A stretch of 64,000 nucleotides of DNA from Paraspadella gotoi (Eukaryota > Animalia > Chaetognatha), in NCBI GenBank assembly GCA_051294375.1, contig CM119269.1, positions 14,519,918 through 14,583,917 on the forward strand, written 5' to 3'. A program made the position numbers and the translations under genes. Below are positions 39,571 to 52,300 of the stretch, piece after piece (the first letter of the stretch is position 1; the number at the start of each line of letters is the position of its first letter). Below the pieces are notes generated by a model. The model made no database searches. It had not been told where the DNA came from and was given only the letters and a program-made list of their open reading frames with translations.

Positions 39571-42500
39571 GTGAGTTTTGTGGTCCTTATTTACAAGCAG
39601 TTGGCAATTTATAAGATCCGGGATCGCCGCTAGAAGGGTTTTATTAATATTTTGCTGTCAGTTGAATGCTTTCGGTAATTTGAAAGCTTTCGTTTAACAA
39701 GATCGCCCAGTTTTTTAAAAGTTCCACGTTTGTTTTTAAAACTGTAAAAAGCAAAACCTTATTTGTTGCTACTCCACCTTTTTTCTTTTAATGCTTTCGC
39801 CAATTCATTAAAAGGCATTTACGAATTAACTGGAAAAAACAGTGTCCTCTATTCAAGTATGTACGATTACCTTATCAATTTCGAGTATAGATTACGGCAA
39901 AACTTTTGTACCCAAAATATTATATAAACGGAATTGGGATTAAACAATTTTTCGTGAATACTAAGATCCTAATTTACAAGTTAGAAACTGTTTAATAATT
40001 ACTATTAATAATGATGTATATTTATTTTCAATTGAAAAAATTATTATACACCGGTTCCCATTTAAATATTGCCGTAGACTATCACGCATTTTGATTTATT
40101 AAAAATACAAACCATTACCTTTACCCTAATATATATATATATATTTGGTACAAATAATATATAATTTTTCACACAACCAGTCGCTTCAAGAAAAAAAATT
40201 TAACTCATAATATTGATTATTAACTGATACCTTTAGACCGATTTTTTTTAAACGACTCTAGTTTTTCAATCAGTAGGAATAAACAAATGCCCTCTGTAAA
40301 AAGTAGGAAGTAGCGCTTCACACGCGCAAAGGAAATTCTGTGCTGATCTTCCTCAATTGCTGGCGCGTTTTTTGGACCAATGAGAGAACTAGAAATCTTG
40401 CAGCAGGATATCAAGCTTCATCTTGCGGGATTCGTATTGGCTGCCAGTGTTAAAGCTTCATGCATCGAACAAAGCTTTCTTTGTCATGAAGTGCCATCTA
40501 TCGTGAATCTTTTGTAAGGCTTTTTTCATCCGAAACATATGAACAGTTCGCCCTTTATTTATTTGAGGCAGATATTATTATGATTTTCATAAAAGTAATA
40601 ATAATATATCTTCAATTTGGTGAGCTTGGGAAAAAATGAAGACTTGTGCGACGAAGCTTTCGTGCAGTGAGATTCCCTTTCTGTTTATTTATCCGTCATC
40701 GTTTTGATGGAAGGAGGTTCTCCCCTTTCAAGGAACAAAGGAGCTCGACCCTTGCCGAATCGCAAAGCCCTTGGCACCGTTTGAGAACGAAGCTAAGGAG
40801 AAGGACGAGGACGAGCGTAACGACGACGACAACGACAATTCCGTTTTGGCGTCATCTTCTGAATTGGATTTTAAATTTCTTCTTAGAAGGAAAATATGCA
40901 CCGTCGAATTGTGTAGTGGAGGGGGGCCATAATTGGCTTAAGAATCTTGTTTTGAGGCCATTTTCGGCCAAGGTCTTAGTTATGTGTCTACTGCGTTGCT
41001 TGCGTGTATGGTAATGGGATGCCGAGCCGTGAATTTCTCTTCGCGTTGCCTTTTCCCCCTTCACCTCTTTCACATCTTTCTTCTCTTCCCCATCGGATTC
41101 GGTCGGAAACGCTGAGCTTCAGTTAGAGAAAGAGAGAGAGAAAGAGAGATTCCGGTGGTGGATCTCGTGGAATGCTAATTGGATCGGCTTGTCGCCAGAG
41201 ACGACTACGAATATTTCTCATGGAGACGTCAACTTTCTTTTTTTTACTCCAGCGAGAGAACGCGAGATGGATGGAGATAGAGAGAGAGAGTGAAGAGATA
41301 GGGAGAGCGACCAGAGAATAACCGTGGAATTACGAATTTAGCCGAGTCATCAAGAAAATTTCCTTCGGTCTCTGGAATGCTACTTTCATCGAGAATTCAT
41401 TAGTCGCTGCCCATCGGCGAAGAGACTCCCCGACCGAAACGCAATTAACGGCAATGCTGAGCAGCGGTTCTTGTTCGGGAGAGAGAAAGAAAGAAAAAAA
41501 TCCGCCTCGCCTTTCAATCGCTCTTCTCACCGTCTTTCCCTCATCCTACCGCCCCGCCCTCCACCTTCACTCCTCTCTCGCTCGTCTGGCAATCGCGAGG
41601 ACGAAACTCGCTACCTTTACTTTGTTCCACTCCTAAACGGCCATTTGGCGAAGCAATCGGGTCGAACTAATCGCTCCCCGACCCGCCGTCCGTCCGCGCT
41701 ATGATTGTTTCGGATCATCGCGCACTTTGGCTTTCGCGAACCCGCATCCGAAGATCCTGGGGACTTCCGCTCATAATTATAATTTTTTTTCCTGTGGTTC
41801 AAAGAGGGGAGAGGGGCCCGACAGAGCTGCGCGTTTCGTCGATATGCGGAAAGATGACGTCGTTGGGCAAATCGACTCGGAATCCACCGCCCGCGCGTCT
41901 CATTATAATTTCCTTTCCTTCCGCGACGGGGGGCGTCGGTTTCCGTTGAGCTGGCGCGAGTTTTCATCTACCCATCTCCTACCGCCGTCACGGTCGCTCT
42001 CTCTGCCCTTACATTTTCAGAAAAATATAATAAAATTTTCTAAAATACTTTCTAATATCTGTCGACGTTTCTACAAGTTTATGCAGAGCGATTGTAACGC
42101 TATGCAAAAAGATGCTTGAGGTTTCCTGCTTTTCCCTCGAAAAAAAGTATTTTTGGTGGGTTTGTGTTTCGGTATCCTCTGCGGTTTTGCTCAACTTAAA
42201 ATTCAGTCTCTTAACGATTTATGAATTCTCAACAGTGAGAAACGTAGCGAACTTCGTCTCCGGCGGCGCTGGAAAGATGAGGGGTTAGGAATTCGCAACA
42301 GAAAAAACCGCGAAAGACCCCCAACAGTATCGTCGCAGTTAGAGAGCGCGTTCCATCAAAACACCCCCGAACCAAAGTCACCATCTTTTTCCCTCTTCGA
42401 CCGCGGAATCGAAAATGCAAATTCGGTGTAATATCTTGAGCTCGTGGGATCTTGTCGGTTAGTCGGGGCATCGTTGACTTTGGTTTCGTCTGAGTCGTTA

Positions 42501-43290
42501 GTGGAGAAAAAAAAAACGGGGAAAACGAAGGGAATGGTATTCCTAGGAAAAGGGGATCGAAATCAAAATTGAGTTTGTGTGGTTTTGAACCGAGTTGAAC
42601 GATACTCACACACATGGTTGATGGAGAAGTCTCGGGGAGAAATAAAAACGTAAATGACTCTTGTCACAGTGCCATCCAAATTTTTTCCCTTGCCACCGAC
42701 TGGTTCGGTTTGGGTTGGTGAAAAGTGAAGTAAGTAAATTTTGAGGCAAAGACTCTAAGTGACCATCACTCTTGACTCGCGTTGACGCTGATCCATCAGA
42801 GACGGTCTCCTTATTTGCGTGAGGTCCTAGAAAAAGGGGACGGAGGACTCTTTTCGGCAGAGCTTTTACGACCATCACTGCTCATTTCTCGCGAATTAGT
42901 TTCTGCCTTAATTGTTGGAAAGATACTTACGATGCTTGAAGAATGAAGATATTTAAAAAAAAAAAATTAATTAGTACTCAAATTTGCGCGATACAATTTG
43001 ATATGTTGATCAGCTTTTGTTTTGATTTGTTAATTTTTTTCGTTTTAATCATGGGAAAGAGAAAGATCATTTGTTACGGATTGTGACTCGGGAGTAAAAC
43101 AAGTTTCAGCAAACGGTTTTTTTTCGCTTTAGTCATGATTTTAATTTTTCTTCTTTTCTTCCTCCGTTCCCATCTTTCTCCCTTTTTTTCCATCTGTTTC
43201 CATTTCTCTTCTATTCCCTTTCTTTTCTTTCTTTTTTATTTTCTCACGTTTCCAAACTTCAACGTTCTTCTTTCTTCTTCTCTCTCTCTT

Positions 43291-43340
<50 letters not shown>

Positions 43341-45887
43341 ATCCCTTATCCTTCCATCTCTATCCCCCTTTTCCATCTCTCTCTCTGCCTCTCTTTCTAA
43401 CTCTCTTTGGTCTCCTCATTAATTTTCATGAGACGGGGCGAGACGCTGCCGTCGACAGGACGGCCGGGGAGATAAAGGAAAAAATCCCTTCGAGTCGGAT
43501 GAAACCAGGCTAAAAGTTTTTGACAGTGGAGTAGATGTCCTGGGCACTCGTAGGATACTACCTTGCTCCAGTTTTTAAATACTCTTCCCTTTTCGCTAAA
43601 CCCGGTTGGTAATGAAATTTATTTTTATTACTTTTTTTGAATTTTTGAAACGTTCGGCTTAAAAATTTTCCCGGGACGATGGAGCTTTGTGTGTAATTTG
43701 AAAAAAAGTGGAAAAAGAGCACAATCGCTTGAAAATATTTTGTTTGTAATTGTTTAAGAATGAGAAAACGAACAATATGATTTTTTTAAAAGTCTTGAAC
43801 TATTTTTGAGTTGAGTTGAGTTGAGTTTTGAACTGCTGCGACATTACCGTATTGTTTTGGTTTGTGTTACCGACACCGACTTCCCTTTTGATGAATGAGT
43901 AATAGCTACGACCTTATCGACTGCTAAGCTCATGCGAAGACAGTTTTTATAAGCTCAATGATTTTCTTAGTTGAAAAATGTCTTATCGATCGGCTGGCAT
44001 TAATTCTTGATTCAAAACGAAAACAGGGAACAATATATCATTCAATTTTTTTAATTTTTTTGTTCGACGAAGGCAAAAACCTATTTTTCACCCCGTCTGG
44101 TTTGCCTCATTGTTCGCTTACCATTCGTCATATCTTTATTCTTTTAAGATAGACGTTTGTTTCTGTAAGACGTCCGTAAATCCAAATTAACCAATCCCCA
44201 GTAACAATGTCGTTACAGGCGCCGTTTGGGGCGTGTCCCAGAGTTTCCCTACCTTTGAGCATTCCCTTTTTTCTTTGACTTATTGTGACAATAAAACCCT
44301 TTTTGAACACGATTATTCTGGAGTAAGTCTCCGAGTGTCGGAGTCTCCCTTTTCTCTCGCTCTCTCTCCTTTTTAACATCCTATTCATCTTCAAATCGCC
44401 CCGCGAGTCGCGCCGGCCTTGAGAAAAGAGACATTATGCTAACGGAGAAAACCGCTTTTCATTTTTTTCATTTTCCTTTTCCTCTCATTCTTTTTCCAAA
44501 GCTTTCGTCTTTGTTCATTATTCCTTCTCTCCCTTTGTTTTTCCTTTCCTCATTCCATTATGGGGTTTTCGCGGTTTCCAATCCTCTGGCATTAGATGGT
44601 TAATCTTTCAAATAGAAATCGCGCCGGCTGTAGTTATCCTCTATTCGTTTCATCGCAGCTTGCTCGTGTGAACCCTGTGCGCCAATATCTTTTCTTTTTC
44701 ATTTCGCGCGAGTCTACGCAAAAGATTAGTCCCGATAAAAAAAAAATTGACGATCGATTCCCGCTCACCATTAAATTCGATCTGAGGTCCCTTTTTTCTC
44801 TGGCTATTGCAATCCACACCCGACTTTCTCTACCCTCGTAACGAAATATTTTGCGCCTTTATATAAAAAATTTATTGGCGATATTCGCGCTGGCATCATC
44901 CCACTTTCTCCATCCACCCGAAAATATTCAGCACATCGTCAGCGTTATATCTCAGCATCTGCGCCCCAACTCGGTCCGGGAAGAAGGGCTTTGTGTTGAA
45001 ATAAACGATTTGTTAGTAGCCGCGAGTTGAGAGAGTGATTTAAGGCAAGAAGCAGCTGCGGCGCCGTCTAGCCGCCTTGACGACCGAGCCGACGACGTTG
45101 TAGCGGTTTCTCAGCTTTTTTTTTTCTTGTTAGCCGAATCTTTCGTGGAGCCGACTTTATGCTTCTACGGGGATCGCGGGGATAGCCATGAGATTCTTCC
45201 CTTGAGATGCGAAAGTAACGTTATGTGATCTCCAGAGATTTAAGGTAAACAAAAATTATCCATCGACTACGGGTTCCACCAAAGACGTAAGGTTTTACTC
45301 ATCGAGCTGCAAAGAGAGAGTAGAGAGGTATCTGAATAATTATAACGAGTTGCGTCTTTTCATTTAAATATCTACAGGCTGTAGATTTTTTATCGAATAA
45401 TTATTGAAACAGTGTTATAAATTCAACGTTATATGTAATTGTAAACCTTAGCCATAGTTTCATCCGTCATGCAGCCAATGACGTTTGTTGTTTTTATTTT
45501 AAAATTTATTTCAAAATTTTTTTTAATAATGTAGAAAAATGATCTATGATGTTTACGCATTTAACTTTGGATGGAAAACGAACTGTAGCCCCGGAGCAAG
45601 AGCAATAATGGGAGGAGCTGTTATGGGCTATCCCCCCGGAAGTCCATAACAAGTATATAATCCTCCCCCAGTCCCCCCATCAAAAAAACTATCGCTTTTA
45701 TGGCCTGACGGATAGGAAAGAAAACAAGCTGTCATAAATCTTTTAACGACCCAAAATATCTATTTTCAGCAGCACCTTTATGATGAAAAAAAAATGTCAC
45801 GGATTCCAAAGATGCTAGTTTTGTTCGCTAAGGCTTACACGGATATTGGACTTTTTATTGGTTTTTGTAATAATCAATACGTCTGTG

Positions 45888-45943
<56 letters not shown>

Positions 45944-48900
45944 TTAAAAGCATTTTATTTCTTCCACACAGGCTGTTACCAATCGTAGAATAAAAAAATT
46001 TCTTACGTCTTTCACCGAGATGAAGATGAATGAAAGAAGCGATAGACCTTGAAGGCTTCCTGAAATGGTCCGCTTTGCCTGACAGACTTCAATGATGGCT
46101 TTCAATCTTGATTCGCAGCTCGCGCCAACCAGGGGCTTTGTGCGGTGCCTGCGTGAAGGGAAAGGGAGAGAAAGCGCAGAAAAAAAAACATGGTCGGAGG
46201 GAGGGACCCAGACGCGGTTAGGAGGCGTCCGTCGTTTGCCAAGGTGTGGAATCGTTTTCTTTATCCCGTATTCTTTCTCCCAGTTTCTGTTCGGTCCTCG
46301 CGGGCTTTTGTTTTTCTTCTCCGAAGGGGCGTTGTTTGCCCGCCGTTGTTTGCGCGATTGTCTCTGTTTTTGCCGCCGGTGTGCCGTGACAAATGAGGTT
46401 GGCGCGCGTTTCTCGATGACCCGGGGAAACGGCCGCCGTCCCGGTCACCGATACTTGGAGACTGGGGCTCGAAAGACGGCGCGACAGGAAAGAGGGAGGA
46501 GAGGCGAAAAAAAAACTACAACTCTTGTTTCTTTTCGCTGCTTCAGGAGGCGAGGGGCGAGAAATTGATAGGCTCTTTGGTTAATGACGCGAACGGTTAT
46601 GACGATTTACAAGGTCTCTCGTAATGGCGTTCTCTCGCCAGTCCGCGAAACCGTTTCCTTCGACTTCCCTCTCTTTCCCTGCTCAATGCTTATGTCGATG
46701 GTGAATAATGCTGAATAAACGTTCAATTTCTTCGCGAAATCAAATAAGAATTATGTCTAATAGACTTGGGAAATTTGAACTCCTAATTTTTTATTTTTCT
46801 AATTCTTTTTAAAAATAATTTGATGCTGTGTTCAATTCTTCAGTAGTAGCTAATTAAATTTAAATATTTCTATTTCTATAAATTGAGTCGTGGTTAGTAC
46901 GCGAGACTTCTGATAAAAGTAAAAATTATCCTATTTAAAGTCTACTTTCTCTTACGAACGCGTACGCTTTCTCTACGAATGACCTTCGTCTGATGGACTG
47001 CGGTATTTGTACGGAAAATCTCCGATCATTCAAGATAAAAATGAGGATAGCGATTACTCTAAAAGTTAAAAGAATGGCTCATGATTATGATATTTTAATG
47101 CAAATAAGGTTTTAAAATTTTAATTATTGTAACTTTATTGAATTTTTTTTATTATAATTTTATTTTATTTCGTTTTGAAATATTTAACCGTCGGGAATTT
47201 GAACCAACTTTAAAATTTTAGTCGTAAATAAAAATCTATTAAATGAAAAAGAAATATAAATAAAAAAATATGATTAATAAATCAAAGAAACTTAATGAAT
47301 CAATTGATGTATAAGAATGACATAAGATTCCAAAAAAAATAAATGCGGAAAGACGGAAATTTTGAATGATTTTTTTTTACTTATATGGAAAAGAAAATTG
47401 TTTCCGCCTAAAAGAGTGGAAAGTCGTTTTACTCTTCATTTTTCATTTTTTGAGCTCTGGGAAGTTGACTTCTTCTCTTACGCATGCAAGAGAGGGGAAA
47501 CAAAGAAAAGAAAGTCTGCTTTAGCTTGTTTGGCTGTTCTCTTGCGCAGAGGGGAAAAAACCTAATCTCGTTTTTTTTTGTCTTCCTTCTTCTAAAATTC
47601 TACCTCGGTTTGATCATGATTTCGAATTTTTCAATCTCGATTACTAAACCTTGCTGCAGGATTTATTTCCGTACTTTCAAACCATACTGTCATCGTAAAT
47701 ATAGAGTAACTTAAAAGTGTGATAGATTAACTATACTTTTTTACATTAAATTGTGAGAAAAATTAAGAATGATCAAAAACAGAATTTAATTTTTTATTCA
47801 ATTCAATGAATAATGATAACTCTTTGCTATGGCTGCAAGCACTAAGTAACATGCAATAATTAACAACGTTGAATCTACCGACACATCAACATAGAGCATT
47901 TCCAATCGAAATAAAAATTCGTCTCTACTAACAAGAGTGAACAAAGGCAAGAAGTAAAATCTTTTTCTGCTGAGTAGGCCGAAGCCCATCCGGCAAACAA
48001 AGAAACAAATTCCAAATCCATTTGCTACGCTTCGTTGACTTCCTCGTGACGAAGCAACTCCATTCATCGTCTCATGATCAACTTCTTTTCTACGCTACCA
48101 TTACAAAAGAGAAAAAGAAGGGCACAGATTTTTATCTCTCGCTCACCCTGATCTCTTCCCAACCTAGAAAATAACTATTTATTTAAGTGTATATGCCCGT
48201 CACGTTCAATTACTTCGTTTTCGACGAGATTGATCCTCTTTTTCGCGAAGAACAAGTTACCCAATAAATATTAACCCTGGAAGATTAGTTATTCAATATT
48301 GTCTTTATTCAAACTTGTTTTCCGACTGGTTTAGCGCCCGCTGTTGGTAAAAGAAGAAAGGATAAACTGAAAAGGAAACCGATATTTCATTTCGTCCTTT
48401 ATTCAAGCCTTTCCTTTCCCAATTTCTTTTCCTCTTTCATCGTCTTGTTTCATGAATCATAAACTTGATATGAGGAAATTTTGAATGTCTCATAAGATTA
48501 GGTCTATAAAACCTAAAACCGAAGGGGAATGGTTATTTTTTTATAATTTCATTACAGCAACTTATTTCATCTTATTAGATCCCATCATTTTAAACAAAAT
48601 GTAGCTTTGCTAACCCTTCAAACCTGTATTTACATACTTTATTATATGTGTGCGAGATTTAATTTCATTACTCGTGCAGCGGTGGTTGTTAATAGTTATT
48701 CGGTTTTTATTGTAGCACTTAGTGGTAGCACGTATTAATAGGATTTTTCAATTGTCCACAATTGTTACAAATGACTACGATGAGTAAGATGAGGGGAGTA
48801 ATCCGACATCGTGACCGTTGTGCTTCAATTTCTACGATTGGCCTTATGTCTTTATTGGGAAATGATTCGGATGAGGTATGACATGACTTTGACACTGAAA

Positions 48901-49389
48901 CATGGCGTAATGACATAACGATGTTAATGACTAGGGTAATGACAGGGAGGTCTGCCAAGGAGACGTCTCGCCTATGCAGTCGTTTCATAACGTTCTTTTT
49001 CCGAATGTAGATTCAAAAGTCGGTGAGGTTGGACGAATCGTCGCGCTGGCATATTTAGGTTTCGGGAGGGGGGAGTGTTATTCTTGTCAATGGCACTGGG
49101 CATTATGGGATCGCTTCGCACCAACCCTGGCGTTGCCGGACACTGGATTCGGGGTAAATAACAAAATGTAACTTTTCATTTACCACCAATGACGGTAACG
49201 TTTGTTTCTTCATTTTTCAGAACGAGTTGGTTTTTCCGCTGTGGTTGGTAGTTTCCATCTTGTGACAAATTAGATTTAATATCATGTGTCATATTTCGCT
49301 TCCGGGTCCTTTCGATAAACTTCACGGGTCGGCGACCTAACGAGTGAGTTTGTGATGAGCGTAAAATCCGCGGGTGGCACTAGTCGGTG

Positions 49390-52300
49390 TTATTGGCGCA
49401 CTCTGGCCATGATGTAATAAAGAGATAGGAAGTAGATGGCCACGGAGAAACTGAGTGAGAGAATGGAGATGAGAAGAGCCAAGCGACCCTTTAACCTGGC
49501 GCTGGTCACTTTGCCGCGACCTAAATCACGCTCCGAGTTTCTTGCCAACGACACGGCGATGAGACCTGAACGAGAGGGGAGAGAGATAAGGTATTGAGAG
49601 TGAGTCGGATAAGGTGAAATAATGGGGTTAACTTTCTATTCTATTATCCCGTTTGTTTGTATAATGTATAATATCTATATTTTATAATGGTTCTAATTTC
49701 GTATGATAATAGTTTTATTAATCTCAACTTTATTGCACTTGCACTCATCTTTCTAATGATAGTTATTGTATCAGATTAACTCATGGTTCATTTCAAAAGA
49801 GATTGAGTTCTTAAATCTCTTTTACATTACTATGTATTCCTTTCTTTTCGTTGTGTTATTATGATTAGAAAAAAGTTTGAAATTGAGTACAACAACGATT
49901 TTTTATTTCAATTAGAGAAACGGGCATGTTTCGGCTTAATACAAGCCTTCATCAGCCGAAACATGTCCGTTTCTCTAATTGAAATAAACAATCGTTGTTG
50001 AACTCAATTTCAAACTTTTTTCTAATCTCATTTACATATTGTAGCGGGTTAGATCATTTCTCACATCTTTTGATACGATTTTTATAAAGTCTTATTTTAC
50101 TATTTTAGCTATACTTTTGATTAATTCAGTTTTCAAATTAATATTCAAATATTTCATTGTAGTTTTGAAGCTTTTCAAATGGAAGTATTTTACTTGTTCT
50201 GAGAGACTGTCTCATGTCTCACGAACCATTAGGTCAATAATATTTAAGATGCCATCCCCGTTATATTATCATCGGATCTCTGCCTTAAAACTATCTTTTG
50301 TCTTTAACACACCTGGTAAAATCATAACGTTGAAGAAAATGGCTCCGAATACAGCGAAAGTGTGAAAATTCTTAGGCGCGTCCATCCTTTCTCTTATCTT
50401 TGACGATGATTCGTCGCTATCGTCGTCGATATTCGACTGTCCTTCGTTATCGTCCCTTGGCGCAAAAGAATTAACAGGACCGACGGCTCCGGTGACGGAA
50501 GATGGGGGTTGAAGAGATGTGTTTAACTGATCGCTGTTAATCGTTCCGGTATCGTCGCTGGCTCCCTCGCCTCCGTCGCCCATCTGCACGGGGCCTCCGC
50601 CCCCGCCGACGAAATTAGCGGCACTGTGAACGAATGCTTGTCTGGCGCCACCGGCACCCCCGGCGCCACCGGCGAGGCTGTTGATAGGCCACGCCCCTCC
50701 CGAGGCGAATTGTTGCAGACGAGTGTCATTTGCGAGTTGTTGATCCATCAACGCGTTGTTACTTTGGTGATTGTGATTATGCAGAGCCTGGTTGGTGAGC
50801 GGTTGGTTGTTTATGGATTCAGGGCACTTACCCATATGCGAGTTAGGAACGTTTGTTATTCCCCCTTGGGGTGTCACTTGGTAAGGCGTGAATCCCAACG
50901 GATGTACGTAACATGGAGCCATCGTTCCCAAACCGACCAAGTTTCCGGGGGAAGCGTGATGCTGGTGTTGAGACCCGTTTATGTTATTCATTTGATGCAT
51001 CCCACTTTCGTTAGCGATTACGTTGGAGCAGAAAGGCATTGATTGATGATGAATTTGAGGATTGAATCCCATCGAGATTTCCGGAGAAGTCACGCACTTG
51101 GGGGTTTGAGAGGGAAAGAACGTTCCAGACGACGAAACCCCCGCCGGATATGACGGTGACGACGACGCTGTTTCGTCCTTTTCCCCGCTCGTCGCACTTT
51201 CGGTCACGGACGACCCCCCTGGACCCTGAATCACGGCCTGCTTTAGATGATCCATTCGTACGGACAACCCTCGCAAGACGTGAGGTGGCGGGGGATTATT
51301 GTTTATAATAGATTGAGCATTGAAGTTTGAGGCGTGTTGTGAAGGCGGCAAAGATACCAATTCATCTGTAAGAAAATAAGAAAAGGTAGGATTGAGCATA
51401 TTAATTGTTAGAGCTGAAGAATGATTTCCCCAAGTCTCAGGAATTCATAAGGCAATTTTATTCCCCGAAAGTCATTTATCTCCTTCATTAATTTTTGTCA
51501 TTAATCTTTTTCACATCCCATGGAACTATGTGGCAAGAGGCTCGTCCTCGTCCAATCCGGAATACCCGCGAGCTGTCTTAATAGATTTTGTGCGATTTAG
51601 TAACTTATCATTAAATGGCCTCTTGTGAGCGCGCAATTTACCCGGTAACGAGGCAGACGGAGGCAATGAAGTCGGAATTGGGTTGCAACCTTGAGGCTCT
51701 TCTCGTGAAAGGTTATCGGTATGATTGTACGGCACTGTAAATAAATAGTTTTAAACGGTTAGTCTTAAAACTGTAGACTAAGTAGATTAATATTATTGAT
51801 GTAAATTTTTCTATGGTCAGAAAAACATTTCTTATTGTTTTAAAAACTTCATTACGTATTCTAAATTATAAATCAGAATAGTCACCTGCAGTGTTTGCAT
51901 TGTTATTCACGTTTCTTCGGAAGGCCATCGTAGATGAAGGTGCACCCGTGAGATTCGCGTGACCGGGATCTCGCTCGTGCCCCATGTTTGGTAATGAGCC
52001 GCACGCGTCACCACAGTCACAGGGGGCGCACTAAGTAGATTGAAGGTGGGCGTTGCCAAACGATTGAATCGTTAACAATAAGTTAAGCACAGATTTATTT
52101 ATTTATTTTTTTTAGAATTTTCGAATAATGAAATTAAGAAAAAATTGAAAGAAAACCGTTTTGAGTTTTAGATTGTTAGTAATTTTTTAAAAAAACGATT
52201 TTTCTCGTCATCAATTTCTTCTTTCTGCTTTTTCTTATTTTTTCCTATTTATTTTTTTAAATCTGTTTTTATCTACATGTTACATGAGCTTCTAGATAGT

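Noticed and set aside
40690-40860. GC-rich (GAC)n block resembling a small exon or signal peptide on the minus strand
   Set aside because: All frames are short or need a frameshift, and no partner exon or homology is recognisable.
51526-51641. Read-through of CD225 exon 4 to a stop at 51526
   Set aside because: A phase-1 donor (CCGG|GTAAAT) at 51642 joins exon 5 in frame, which gives the complete gene.
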